Shown: piece by piece, positions 46,914 through 57,260 of the stretch
How positions within the stretch are numbered: the first letter of the stretch is position 1
Layout of the letters: the number at the start of each line of letters is the position of its first letter
Program-made: the position numbers and the translations under genes
From: a bacterium
Lineage (GTDB): Bacteria; Patescibacteriota; Minisyncoccia; 2-01-FULL-47-10; JBBIMT01
DNA: 64,000 nt
Assembly: GCA_037443185.1 (NCBI GenBank)
Contig: JBBIOV010000002.1
Location: forward strand, 32,242-96,241
Reading direction: 5' to 3'
Notes under the pieces: generated by a model
The model's database searches: none
Told to the model about the DNA's origin: nothing
Seen by the model: the letters and a program-made list of their open reading frames with translations, nothing else

Positions 46914-47684
46914 TTAATTTTTCAGCAATACTGACTCCATTTTACCTTCCATAATATCTTCCAAATTATACCAACTTTTATTTATTCGATGATCAGTTAA
47001 GCGATTTTGAGGAAAATTATAAGTTTTTATCTTTTCAGCCCTTTTTGCTTTACCAATTTGTTGTCTCCTGATATCACTTAACTGAGCTATTTTCTTTTGT
47101 TCTTGTAAATCATTTAATTTTGCTTGTAATATCCTTAAAGCCTTTTCTTTATTTCTATGGCTGGAGCGTTCATCTTGGCTTGAAACAGTTAAACCAGTAG
47201 GCAAATGGATTATTCTAATAGCCGATTCTGTAACATTTATATGTTGACCGCCCTTGCCTGAAGCTTTAAAGTGTTCAATTTTTAAATCTTTAGGTTTTAA
47301 AGAAACTTCTGAAATCTCAGGTTCCTTAAGAACTGCAACAGTAATAGTAGAAGTATGAATACGACCATATTTTTCAGTTTTAGGCACTCTTTGAACTCGA
47401 TGAGTGCCTGATTCTCCTTTAAAAATATTCCAAACATTATCTCCTGAAATTTCTAAAATCGCTTCTTTAATACCGCCTGAAGTGCTTTTTGTGGAGCTAA
47501 TTAGGGAGACCTTAAATCTTTTAGAAGCTGCAAATTTAGTATAAGCTCTTAAAATATCGCTTGCAAAAATAGCAGCTTCTTCCCCTCCGGTTCCCGCTCG
47601 AATTTCAAGAATAATTGTTTCCATTTCATTTTTTTGAAACTCTTTGAGAATATCTTTGTTTAAATTTTTCAACTTGTCCAGCAA
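46914..47684 (-). CDS. prfA: Peptide chain release factor, RF1-like (PKT tripeptide) lacking the N-terminal domain 1
   Basis: [31 protein letters not shown] (PxT-type codon-recognition motif), [13 protein letters not shown] (GGQ). The full ORF is 256 aa (236 aa from the internal Met at 47624), versus about 360 aa for canonical RF1. The ORF as drawn overlaps rpmE by 59 nt. Confidence 0.8.
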   Translation of the reverse strand: MLDKLKNLNKDILKEFQKNEMETIILEIRAGTGGEEAAIFASDILRAYTKFAASKRFKVSLISSTKSTSGGIKEAILEISGDNVWNIFKGESGTHRVQRVPKTEKYGRIHTSTITVAVLKEPEISEVSLKPKDLKIEHFKASGKGGQHINVTESAIRIIHLPTGLTVSSQDERSSHRNKEKALRILQAKLNDLQEQKKIAQLSDIRRQQIGKAKRAEKIKTYNFPQNRLTDHRINKSWYNLEDIMEGKMESVLLKN

Positions 47685-47841
47685 TATCTACAAATTTATG
47701 TTTTCCGGTATAAAACGGGTGACAATTAGAACATATTTCAATCTCCATCTCTTTAACAGTAGAACCAACGGTATAAACAGCTCCGCAAGCGCATTTAATC
47801 TTTGCCTCTGGATAATAAGTAGGATGTATATCTTTTTTCAT
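47626..47841 (-). CDS. rpmE: 50S ribosomal protein L31
   Basis: [10 protein letters not shown]...CACGAVY...[11 protein letters not shown]...VEKFKQRY is the bL31 Zn-ribbon. Confidence 0.92.
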   Translation of the reverse strand: MKKDIHPTYYPEAKIKCACGAVYTVGSTVKEMEIEICSNCHPFYTGKHKFVDIAGQVEKFKQRYSQRVSKK

Positions 47842-48042
47842 AGTTTCAAAATACTAACATAAAGTTCTTAAAAAATCAAATATTAATTAATAAAAAAGTG
47901 ATAATTATAATTAAAGCTTGATAAATTTTAAGTTACCGATGACGAATGTTACTAACTATCTTTAATTAGGTAAAGCAGATGAATTAAGAATTTAACAATT
48001 TGAAATTTGAAAAACAACTATCATTTAAATACTTTATAGTCT

Positions 48043-49347
48043 TTAAAATATCTCTGCTAAATTCAATTTCTGCACCTCTTCAGCGATAATTTGAGATAAC
48101 TCCATTACTTGATCACCATAAAAACTATATTGTGGTTTTTTCCAATTTGAACCAGAAAAATATATTTGCGCCGCTCGCCATTCAGCTTCCCAAGTTTGCG
48201 CATCTGCCCCATTTGCCACAAGTTTGATTGCAGCGGCAGCGAAAGCATCATCTAAATCCCAGGGCGAAGGAGGATTATGGCCTGTAATTTCAGAAATTTT
48301 ACTTTCATACTGCAACCAAGTACTGGGTAAAAATTGAGCAGGTCCCATAGCGCCACCCCATCCATAGTTTGGCTTAGCAGAAACTGGCATTAAATCAGGA
48401 TTTAAATTTAATTTAGCAGTGACTATTTTAAAAGCTTCCCGCTCTTTGGGACTCATATCTTTTCTCCAATTTCCACCTCCAACATTGGCACCCCAATCAG
48501 ATTCTTTTTTTAAAACAGCCATTAGAAATTCTGGTCTAATACTTGTTTTTTGAGCTACCTTTTTGGCACGACGATAAGCTTCGTCTAAACTCATACTTGA
48601 GGCAAGTCCCTGTAACATATAAATTCGTTCACGAATTTCCGCTATAGCTTTTTCGGTTTGAATTTTCTTTTGAGATAAAGCGTTTTCTTTTTGTTTTCCT
48701 TGTTCAATTATTGCTTCCTTTTGAGTCATCTTATTTGTTAAAGTTCTCCTTTGAATTTGTTGCAAATTTTTTAACTTTAATTGTTCGGCTTTTTGATTTT
48801 CTAAATTTTCCTTTTCCTTATCTAAATCCTCTTTAATTATTTTGATGTCATTAATATTAGTTTGAAGAGATTCTTGAAAAAAGTTTAATGATTGAACTTG
48901 ATTAAAAAAACTACTGAATCGATTTTCTCTTAAAAATATCTCTAAAAAAGAAACTTTTCCTTTTTCATAAAGACTTCTTAAAAAAGCTGATAAATACTGT
49001 CTCTTTTTGTCTAATTTTTTTTCAAGTTGCTGAATTTTCTTATCTAATTCATTGATTTGATTTTCAGTCTCTTGAATAGCAACTCCAGTTGCTTCCATTT
49101 GTTTTTCAATTTTCTTAATTTCAAATTCTATTATTTTAATTTCGTCCTGTAAAGTTTTTCTTTCCTGAGCTATTTTTTGAATGTTTAATCTGAAAATTTC
49201 AATTTCTTTTTCTAAATCAGATAACTGTTTTTTATAAATGTTGGATAAATCTTTAGTACTAATACCAATAACTGGAAGAGTTACAAAATTAAAGTAAAAA
49301 GCGATGATAAGCAAAAATAAGACAGTTTTTATTTCTGTTTTTATCAT
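48043..49347 (-). CDS. Coiled-coil protein with C-terminal MltB/SLT_2-like lytic transglycosylase domain
   Basis: Signal/TM. About 230 aa of heptad-rich coiled coil. C-terminal YGWGGAMGPAQFLPSTW resembles the MltB active-site region (GxxGxxQFMPST). Confidence 0.6.
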   Translation of the reverse strand: MIKTEIKTVLFLLIIAFYFNFVTLPVIGISTKDLSNIYKKQLSDLEKEIEIFRLNIQKIAQERKTLQDEIKIIEFEIKKIEKQMEATGVAIQETENQINELDKKIQQLEKKLDKKRQYLSAFLRSLYEKGKVSFLEIFLRENRFSSFFNQVQSLNFFQESLQTNINDIKIIKEDLDKEKENLENQKAEQLKLKNLQQIQRRTLTNKMTQKEAIIEQGKQKENALSQKKIQTEKAIAEIRERIYMLQGLASSMSLDEAYRRAKKVAQKTSIRPEFLMAVLKKESDWGANVGGGNWRKDMSPKEREAFKIVTAKLNLNPDLMPVSAKPNYGWGGAMGPAQFLPSTWLQYESKISEITGHNPPSPWDLDDAFAAAAIKLVANGADAQTWEAEWRAAQIYFSGSNWKKPQYSFYGDQVMELSQIIAEEVQKLNLAEIF

Positions 49348-49454
49348 ATAAATTCATTATATCAAAATAATCCCATTTATCAAATGGGATTATTTTATCC
49401 TAAAAAACAGCTTTCATAAATTTAGAAAATATCTAAATAAAATTTTTATGACCC

Positions 49455-50117
49455 TTATTTAACAGATCCTGTTGAAAAATTAGTAGTATCAGTTTTTGTT
49501 GTCGGTGAACCAGTTGGGCCTGAAACATCAGAAGCAGAAACAGTGGCTTCGCTGGCTTGTTTGACTTCTTCTTGACGAGGAGGAACAATAGAAGCAATAA
49601 CTGTTTCTATATTTTGCACAGGAGTTACTCCTTTAGGAAAAGTAATATCTTTAATTTTAATCTCATCATTAATTTTAGTTAATGTAGAAATATCAGCAGT
49701 TAATTTTTTTGGAATGATATCAGCTTGACATCTAACTTCAACTTCTCTTGTATTGATGATAAAAATACCTCCTAAATTTTTAACTGCTGGCGCTATCCCC
49801 ACAAATTCAACTGGCACCTTAACATTTATTTCTTTACCTCTTTTAAACGCATAAAAATCAACATGAATAGGCATTCCAGTTAACGGATGATATTGTAAAT
49901 CATGTATTAAAGCCTCTTTTTTCGTATCTTCAAATTGAATCTCAATCACTTGCGTTTCTCCAGCTTCTTGAAATACACGAGAAAAATCTGAGGCCTTTAA
50001 ACAAAAGGCGATATTTTTCACTTGAGAACCATACAAAATAGCGTTAATTAACCCTTTTTTAAGGGCTTTTTTTTGCTTTGGTATCGCTTTGATTGTTATT
50101 TTATTTGATTTTGGCAT
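49455..50117 (-). CDS. rplY: 50S ribosomal protein L25 / general stress protein Ctc (long form)
   Basis: N-terminal bL25 beta-barrel pattern (LKASDFSRVFQEAGETQVIEI...HDLQYHPLTGMPIHVDF). C-terminal Ctc-type extension. Confidence 0.8.
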   Translation of the reverse strand: MPKSNKITIKAIPKQKKALKKGLINAILYGSQVKNIAFCLKASDFSRVFQEAGETQVIEIQFEDTKKEALIHDLQYHPLTGMPIHVDFYAFKRGKEINVKVPVEFVGIAPAVKNLGGIFIINTREVEVRCQADIIPKKLTADISTLTKINDEIKIKDITFPKGVTPVQNIETVIASIVPPRQEEVKQASEATVSASDVSGPTGSPTTKTDTTNFSTGSVK

Positions 50118-50415
50118 AAAGATGATAAGTTAAAACATCATCGGGAGTTAATTGTTCAATTTTATCAAGCCTTTTAAAATCTTGCTTAGTTAAATCCGTT
50201 AATATTCCAAAGCTTGTAATATGGGGATGTAAAATATTGCTTATTCCTATAATCGAAGAGCTTTTGCATTTTGGACAATCAATATGAAAATATACATTAA
50301 ACTCATTTTCATTAATGATATAAGCGTTAGATTCATCAAGCTCAAGCTTGCAAACCATACAAGTTCCCAATATCCGGAAATTAAATTTACTGAATTTTTT
50401 TCTTTTTTTCATCAT
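50101..50415 (-). CDS. Hypothetical Zn-ribbon protein (104 aa)
   Basis: CMVCK...CPKCK (C-x2-C...C-x2-C) after a basic N-terminus. Confidence 0.4.
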   Translation of the reverse strand: MMKKRKKFSKFNFRILGTCMVCKLELDESNAYIINENEFNVYFHIDCPKCKSSSIIGISNILHPHITSFGILTDLTKQDFKRLDKIEQLTPDDVLTYHLYAKIK

Positions 50416-50625
50416 AGTATGATTATATTAAATAAAAAAATTTAAAAGTCAACTTTGCTAATTTAGTTTAAAAAACTGAATTTTCTATTCAAAAAGTAAG
50501 TAAAATAAATTAGCTAAAATAATAACATCTGGCATTTAAAGTTCAACTTTTAAAATAAATAAAGATAATACTTTGAAAAAATTATTTTGACTTAAGTTAT
50601 ATTTTCTAAACGCCTTTTAAAGGAT

Positions 50626-51384
50626 TTAAAGATTTTTGATATGCTTTATTTTTTTAACGAATTCTCCTTTTCCAAATAAATCTATTGCTTTAGGTGATAA
50701 AAAAATTCCTCTCCCACCTTCAGCGAAAAAATCTTTTATTATAGTTAAAGCTTCTTCTTGTTTTTCTATATTATCGAAAGTGACTTCTGATAAAAATATA
50801 GAAAAATTTGGCGCCATTTTCGCGATAATATCAAAGTGATATCTCGTTTCAGGCCAAGGAATAACTGCGGCATCAGCGCCTATTTCCATAGCTGCTCTTA
50901 CCCCATAAGCAAAACGTAAAGTCTCGTTATGATGCCAAAATGTTGAAGATGCAAATACTTGAGGCCAGACGAAAACTTTTTTAAAATATTTAGCCGCTGT
51001 AAAAATTACTTGAGACAAATCTTTTAAAGATTGCGGCTCTTTTTTTGTCCCAAGATACAAATTAAATCCAATCGCTCCTGTGAGACTATCTTTTACAATA
51101 TTATCTAAAGAGGAAACAAGCGGGGCATATTTTATATTTTCTTTAAAAGATAAAGAAGTAATGCCGTTAACTTTAACAATAGTTGAGACTTTTTTTGTCT
51201 TAAGAAGCGACTTAGATTGATAAAATATCCCAGGCATCAAGGAAATACCATCAAAACTTTCTTTATCCGCAAATAAAATCATTTGTGATGGATCGGCTGT
51301 TTCTTCAGTTAAATCAAAAGGGCCATTTAAAAATCCTACATCGTAGGCTAAAAATATTGCTTTTTTGTTTTTTATTTTTTGCAT
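50626..51384 (-). CDS. DhnA-type class I fructose-bisphosphate aldolase family (FbaB/DeoC-like TIM barrel)
   Basis: IFLAYDVGFLNGP matches the LA.DHG...GP N-terminal block. IVKVN Schiff-base lysine region. About 250 aa. Confidence 0.6.
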   Translation of the reverse strand: MQKIKNKKAIFLAYDVGFLNGPFDLTEETADPSQMILFADKESFDGISLMPGIFYQSKSLLKTKKVSTIVKVNGITSLSFKENIKYAPLVSSLDNIVKDSLTGAIGFNLYLGTKKEPQSLKDLSQVIFTAAKYFKKVFVWPQVFASSTFWHHNETLRFAYGVRAAMEIGADAAVIPWPETRYHFDIIAKMAPNFSIFLSEVTFDNIEKQEEALTIIKDFFAEGGRGIFLSPKAIDLFGKGEFVKKIKHIKNL

Positions 51385-51434
51385 TTTTATTTAAACGACT
51401 TTCTTAAGTTTTTTATGATACATAATACTTAATT

Positions 51435-52676
51435 TTAAATTTGTATTACTCCCCTGTCGAAATTTTCAACAATTAAGTCCTCTAATTTTTTTTCTGGCTC
51501 GATAAATCCTTTAAAAATGCGATTCCATAATGATTCTTGATGATGATAAATATATTTAGCTATTGTTTCCCTTTTTACTAATGCGATTGAAGAATCAACT
51601 AAATTAAAGCTTACAAGTTTTTCTTCTTTAGTAGCTTTTTTGAAAAAATCACCGATGTAATGTAGCTTTGCCCAAAATTCTAAATCTTCTAATGAATTAT
51701 CTCTTGCAAAATTGCTTAAATATTCATTTGCGTGATCCCAATGAATTGTTTCAGAATTAACATGAGGCTGAAAAAGACGTGGGTCATTGGGATTATCTTT
51801 GGCTAAATATCTTTGAACTATCAGCCATTGTATTTTATGATTAGTAAAAGGCAAAACTTCAGAAACATCACCTCTTAATAAGCTAATTAATTTTTCATTA
51901 AAGTTAGCTTCATCTTTTGAATACATTGAGATAAGCCGAGAATAAAATTGAACTTCATAAAAATAATGCAAAAGTAAACTAAAAACGACTAAAGTTTCTC
52001 CTGGCGTATTAATAGGAAGTGGAATGATAAATATAATCCCAAGTTCTTTTAAATGTGACACATTATGATATTTTTTTTCGATAAATTTTTCCGCAATTTT
52101 CAACCATTTTGGAGCTAAAACTATAACTGACGCCTCTCTTTGTTCGAAATCGCTTGGTTTTAAACTTTTATACTGGGGCAAAAAAATATTATTCATCCAC
52201 TCTCGTGTTTCAACAAATCTTAAAGCCGCAAAAATTTCCCGCCAATCCTCTGTATTAAGAAGTTGCTGGACATTATTACAACTGCAAGCATGCATAATAT
52301 GTGGAGGAGGAGTTTTGAATAAAAGCTCTAACGCTTTTTCTTTTTTTAGAAAAAAGCCTTTTTTGTGATTACCGTACTTACGAGCAGTATCAATCATTTT
52401 TTTGTATTTTTTCGCTGAAGTTAAATCAGGCTCATCAAAAAAATGATACAAAACATGATCGTCTCCAATTAATTTATCGTAAATTCTCTGCTGAATTTCT
52501 TCATAACTGCCATTTTGGATGTGCAACATTTCAAAAGTTTTTTGAATCATTGCTTGGTTTTCTTGAACGATATTTTCGATAACATTTTTCTTTCCTGTTA
52601 TTTCTTCCATTTTCTTAATCGTCCTTTCAAGTATCTCTTGGTTAGTGTGTAAAATTTTTGCGATATTGTTAAGCAT
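51435..52676 (-). CDS. Hypothetical protein (413 aa) inside the sugar-phosphate gene neighbourhood
   Basis: ORF. No motif I recognise (checked for PFK GGDGS and FBPase signatures, both absent). Confidence 0.4.
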   Translation of the reverse strand: MLNNIAKILHTNQEILERTIKKMEEITGKKNVIENIVQENQAMIQKTFEMLHIQNGSYEEIQQRIYDKLIGDDHVLYHFFDEPDLTSAKKYKKMIDTARKYGNHKKGFFLKKEKALELLFKTPPPHIMHACSCNNVQQLLNTEDWREIFAALRFVETREWMNNIFLPQYKSLKPSDFEQREASVIVLAPKWLKIAEKFIEKKYHNVSHLKELGIIFIIPLPINTPGETLVVFSLLLHYFYEVQFYSRLISMYSKDEANFNEKLISLLRGDVSEVLPFTNHKIQWLIVQRYLAKDNPNDPRLFQPHVNSETIHWDHANEYLSNFARDNSLEDLEFWAKLHYIGDFFKKATKEEKLVSFNLVDSSIALVKRETIAKYIYHHQESLWNRIFKGFIEPEKKLEDLIVENFDRGVIQI

Positions 52677-52777
52677 TTTTTATGTAAAATTAAAAATTAT
52701 AAATATAATTATTAAGTAAAAATCTTATATTGTTAAAAATTGTTAAAAAAAGAAGTTGTTTAGTGGAAAAAATCTTT

Positions 52778-53470
52778 TTATATTATGTCATCTTTGATAG
52801 AAGGCGCATAACTGGCTCTAATTATATTATTTCTTCCAAAAACATATAATAACCCCTTACTGCCATCATTCCCGGAGCCATATTCAATAGCCTTTTCTCC
52901 GTTTGATAATGATATTTCATCAACCCAATTATAACCAATCAACATATCACGGTAAAATTTAACCATTGATTGAAGTTCAAATTTTAATGAATTTAAATCA
53001 GGGAAATATTTAAAAAGCTCCGAAAAATCGGCAAATATTATTTTACTAATATTCTTGGCGTTATTTAAGCCCTGGATGTAAAATATAAAAGATCCATTAA
53101 TATTTTCATCGGATGAAAACTTGTAGAATATTAGATCTGGTTCTTTATTTGTGATGATCTCTTTTGTAATAAACTTTGAAGAACAAGAAGTCCAATAATT
53201 AGGATATCTTACCTCAAAACCGTATTTTTCATTGTGATAAGTTTTCCATCCTTCAATTTCACTTAAACTTGAATTTGCATCAACTATCGAGCTCGAACCT
53301 CGATAGTTGGAAATTGTTGAAATTTGTCTTGTTAAGTTATTAATTGTTTCTTGTTGTTGGATTAAAATTTTGTATTGTTCAGAAATAAAAAGATAGACAA
53401 AAAATGAGCCAAACGCGGCAATAATCAAAAGAATTATTAAAATAATGTGTTCTAATTTATGTTGAAGCAT
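52778..53470 (-). CDS. Hypothetical membrane-anchored/secreted protein (230 aa)
   Basis: N-terminal TM. GFEVRYPNYW-type motif common in small secreted proteins of reduced genomes. Confidence 0.4.
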   Translation of the reverse strand: MLQHKLEHIILIILLIIAAFGSFFVYLFISEQYKILIQQQETINNLTRQISTISNYRGSSSIVDANSSLSEIEGWKTYHNEKYGFEVRYPNYWTSCSSKFITKEIITNKEPDLIFYKFSSDENINGSFIFYIQGLNNAKNISKIIFADFSELFKYFPDLNSLKFELQSMVKFYRDMLIGYNWVDEISLSNGEKAIEYGSGNDGSKGLLYVFGRNNIIRASYAPSIKDDII

Positions 53471-53580
53471 TATAAAATTTTCTTTTAATTTTAAATGCGT
53501 TTATATTATTTTAGCATATAAAATTAAAAAAACAAAATAATAAATAAATTCTTTACTTAATCAAATAAACCTTGTTGAAA

Positions 53581-54576
53581 TTATATCAGACTTTCTTTAA
53601 TTTCAATATGCTTCCATCTATAGTGCATTAAATCTTTTAAAGTTAAAAGTCCTGCTTTAGCACCAACGTTCTCTAAAACAGAAGTTGAATTTGCTGAAGC
53701 AATTCTAATTGCTTCTTTTATATCGCTATGCGAAAGCAAATAACCCGCTAGAAAACCAGACCCAAATGCATCACCAGCGCCAGTCCTATCGATTACTTCT
53801 TTTTCTTTAAATATTCCTGCCTGATAAAGTTTATATCCATCTAATATCATTACCCCTTCTGGTCCCTGAGTCATTACAATAATTGCGTCAGTAAAATTGC
53901 GAATTTTCTTAACAATGTCTTTATGATGGTGTAAACTAACACCAGTAAATGAAACCATCTCTTCTTCATTCATAATCAAAATTGATATATTTTTTAACAA
54001 ATGACTAAATCTTTTATAACCATAAACCAGTTCCCGCGACCCAGGATTAAAAGCGATATGAATATTATGAATTTTAGCAAAATTCACTAAATCTTCCAGC
54101 AATTTTATATTACCGCCAAGAGAAGAAATATAAAACCACTCAGCTTGAAAATTATGCCAAGGAATTTGACTACTTAAAAACTTTTCTGAAGCGCCGCGAT
54201 GAGTTAAAATTGATCGTTCTCCAGTGGGGGCAACTAATATAATCGAAAAACCTGTCTTTTCCTTTTTATCTTCTTCAACAAAAGCAGTAGAAACTTTTTC
54301 CTTATGAAGCGATTGTAAAATATCTTTACCCCAAGCGTCAAAGCCAACTCTAACTAAAGTTGCTGTTTTTAATCCTTTTCGTGCAAATGATACAGCTGTA
54401 TTAGTCCCCCCACCTCCTGACTCAAAGGTAACATCTCTGATTTCTATTTTCGAGCCAAGAGGCACACATTCTGCCTGTCTGAAACTATATTTTCCAATTT
54501 TTTCAACGCTAAAATCTTTACTTCGTAAAAAAATATCCATCGTCGCGGCACCAATTGTAATAATATCAAAGCGCAT
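53581..54576 (-). CDS. PfkB-family carbohydrate kinase (ribokinase-like)
   Basis: GGGGTNTAVSFARKG (GG dipeptide region) and TGAGDAFGSGFLAG (anion-hole DTxGAGD motif). Confidence 0.85.
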   Translation of the reverse strand: MRFDIITIGAATMDIFLRSKDFSVEKIGKYSFRQAECVPLGSKIEIRDVTFESGGGGTNTAVSFARKGLKTATLVRVGFDAWGKDILQSLHKEKVSTAFVEEDKKEKTGFSIILVAPTGERSILTHRGASEKFLSSQIPWHNFQAEWFYISSLGGNIKLLEDLVNFAKIHNIHIAFNPGSRELVYGYKRFSHLLKNISILIMNEEEMVSFTGVSLHHHKDIVKKIRNFTDAIIVMTQGPEGVMILDGYKLYQAGIFKEKEVIDRTGAGDAFGSGFLAGYLLSHSDIKEAIRIASANSTSVLENVGAKAGLLTLKDLMHYRWKHIEIKESLI

Positions 54577-54608
54577 CTATTTTTACGACATCGTAAGTCC
54601 TTATATAC

Positions 54609-55709
54609 TTATGAGATCAAAAAATTTTTTATCTGTTCACTAAGTTTATTAACTGACAAACCAAAATTTTCATATAATTCTCCAGGTTCTCCGGATTCAC
54701 CAAAACGATCATTAATTCCAATTATTTTCATTTTAACAGGAAATTCTTGGGATAATAGTTCAGCTACTGCACCTCCCAGTCCACCATTTACTTGATGTTC
54801 TTCTATTGTAATTATTCTCTTTGTTTCTTGGGCGCAATTAATAATTATCTCTTTATCAAGCGGTTTTATAGTATGGCAATTTAAAACTTTTATGGAAACA
54901 TCTTTGCCTTCTTTTGATAATTTTTTTTCAGCCTCGTAAGAAGCAAGTATTGCGTTGTATAATATTGGCCCTGAAGAAATTATTGTTAAATCTTTACCTT
55001 CCTTAAATATCTCGGCTTTACCAATCTTAAAGGGAGTATCTTCTTTTGTAAAAACCGGAGAATTAAATCGAGCAAGACGAATATAAAAAGGTTTATTAAT
55101 AGAGGCTGCCGCGACTGTTGCTTTTTGAGCTTCAATTGAATCACAAGGATTTACTACTATTATATTAGGAATAACGCGCATAATAGCAATATCCTCTATT
55201 GCCTGATGAGTAGCGCCATCAGGACCAACAGACACTCCAGCATGCGCTCCAGCTATCTTAACTGGCTGATTATTATAACAAATTGTTGTGCGAATTTGTT
55301 CCCAATTTCTTCCGGGAGAAAACATAGCGTAAGAAGAAATAAAAGGAATTTTACCACAGGCAGCAAGCCCAGAAGCCACAAGAGCCATATTTTGTTCTGC
55401 AACTCCTAATTCCAAAAATCTATCAGGAAACTTCTCTTTAAACCATAAAGAACGGGTACTTTCTGATAAATCAGCGCAAAGCACCACCACATTTTTATTT
55501 TTTTCTCCAAGCTCAACTAAACCTTTACCGTATCCGTCACGAGTTGCTTGAAGTTCTAATTTCGAAATGTCTAAAAAATTTTCTTGAAGCATTTTTAATA
55601 TATTATTTATCAATTTTAAATTTCTCCCACTCCCTTTGGAAAAACCAAAGCAAACCAGAGACACTGAAAATGACGATGATAATAACAAGATAAACACCAA
55701 GTCGATCAT
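54609..55709 (-). CDS. tkt: Transketolase, C-terminal section (pyrimidine-binding + C-terminal domains)
   Basis: RDGYGKGLVELG...ADLSESTR..., ELGVAEQNMALVASGLA, GPDGATHQAIEDIAIMRVIPN. Probable true start is the Met at 55592 (MLQENF). The long ORF overlaps the upstream gene. Confidence 0.85.
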   Translation of the reverse strand: MIDLVFILLLSSSFSVSLVCFGFSKGSGRNLKLINNILKMLQENFLDISKLELQATRDGYGKGLVELGEKNKNVVVLCADLSESTRSLWFKEKFPDRFLELGVAEQNMALVASGLAACGKIPFISSYAMFSPGRNWEQIRTTICYNNQPVKIAGAHAGVSVGPDGATHQAIEDIAIMRVIPNIIVVNPCDSIEAQKATVAAASINKPFYIRLARFNSPVFTKEDTPFKIGKAEIFKEGKDLTIISSGPILYNAILASYEAEKKLSKEGKDVSIKVLNCHTIKPLDKEIIINCAQETKRIITIEEHQVNGGLGGAVAELLSQEFPVKMKIIGINDRFGESGEPGELYENFGLSVNKLSEQIKNFLIS

Positions 55710-56175
55710 AAAGACTAATCACATATCTTCCGGCTTCAAATAAAAACCTTATCATTATAATCAATGAACCAATAAAATATGGCAAAACTAAAACAAAACT
55801 GAGTGTTCCCTTTTGTTTAAAGCGGTTAAATACAATTGAAGCGATAATCAGTAAAGGTATAGCGTATGCGCCATGAATAAATATTAAATTTGCATTAAGA
55901 AGTGGCCCAAATTGCTGTGTTTCAATCAGTTTACCTAAATCGCGCCAAACAGCCGACATTAACATTGTAGCCGCTATTGTTAAAATAATAGTAAAAACAA
56001 TCGTTAATGGCGAGATTTTGCCTTCGTAAACTTTAAAAAAAGACACGCGTCGAGAAATAAATTCCCAAATCACAAATATAATAAGCGCCAAAAAAGACCA
56101 ACCAATTAAAATTCCTAAGTCCTCCATAATCTGAAATGTTGAATGTAAAATTATAAAGTTAATAAATGATAACAA
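55603..56175 (-). CDS. Hypothetical polytopic membrane protein (190 aa)
   Basis: ORF with 5-6 TM helices. Lies between the two transketolase halves. Confidence 0.4.
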   Translation of the reverse strand: MLSFINFIILHSTFQIMEDLGILIGWSFLALIIFVIWEFISRRVSFFKVYEGKISPLTIVFTIILTIAATMLMSAVWRDLGKLIETQQFGPLLNANLIFIHGAYAIPLLIIASIVFNRFKQKGTLSFVLVLPYFIGSLIIMIRFLFEAGRYVISLYDRLGVYLVIIIVIFSVSGLLWFFQREWEKFKIDK

Positions 56176-56213
56176 TTAATATATCTACATTTTTTCATTC
56201 ACTTTTTAAATAT

Positions 56214-56759
56214 TTACCACCAACGTGCACCTGCAGAATAAACAGACCAAGCGGCGTTATAATTGGAGCAGCCTCGCGCTGGGTCAATATATTTTTCAAA
56301 ACCTGATACATTACAAAGTTCCTCGCCTAAATATAATACAATAAATTTATAATCTTTTCCATCTGAAGCGTAACCATATTGAGGACCGCCACCATAGTAT
56401 CTAGAATCTTTATTCAAACGACAATAATTACTCGGATCATTTGGCAAATCAAAATTCACATCAGGTATATACTGCGTATGGGTACACTCTGAAAAAAAAA
56501 TAGCTTCATGAAGTACAGGAAAGCCTTGAGATGTTTCGCGATATATCGACTGATTATCAGTCATGACTTTTAAATGAGTAATAGGATAATTGCCTTTTTC
56601 GTTTTTATATTTTTCCAGTTCCGTTTTTATAAACTTTAAATCTTCAGCCCGTTTTTGTGCCCGTGAAAATTTTTGACTTTGATCCATTTTATAAACTCCA
56701 AAAATTCCTCCTACCCCAATGACTAAAGCTAAAATTCCGATAAAAATATCTTTTTTCAT
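56214..56759 (-). CDS. Hypothetical membrane-anchored secreted protein (181 aa)
   Basis: N-terminal TM/signal anchor, 4 Cys. Lies between the two transketolase halves. Confidence 0.4.
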   Translation of the reverse strand: MKKDIFIGILALVIGVGGIFGVYKMDQSQKFSRAQKRAEDLKFIKTELEKYKNEKGNYPITHLKVMTDNQSIYRETSQGFPVLHEAIFFSECTHTQYIPDVNFDLPNDPSNYCRLNKDSRYYGGGPQYGYASDGKDYKFIVLYLGEELCNVSGFEKYIDPARGCSNYNAAWSVYSAGARWW

Positions 56760-57260
56760 ACTTTTTTTATTTTTCTACTTTTACGACTAATTTTGATGTT
56801 TATTGACGCTATGTTTAATACTTTTTATAACTTTTTGTGTTAATACTATAAAGACAATCTGCGACACTGTTTATATCTATATCTCATAGTTCTGAAAACC
56901 TTTGACCACAACATTTAAATAGCAGCGACCAAAAGTAGTAGTGTGGAAAAATAAATCCAGCTTTTCCTTTATCTATCATTTCAACTAATTTATTAATAAA
57001 CTTTTTCTTTTTTTTGTTTATATATATTGTTCTAGATTTATAAATTTATTTTTAATGAAAAAAGGAAGATATAAAAAACCAAAAACAAAACCATAATCAT
57101 ATTTACTATTGATTTTTCACCTTTCTTAAATTCTATGTTGCATTAGTTCTATATACGAAAATTTTATTTTATTCAACATCTAATGTCAAGAAGTAGTCAT
57201 TTTTTAATAACTGTAAAATTGTCAATTCGTAATTCCCCATTTATAATTCACTATTTATAA

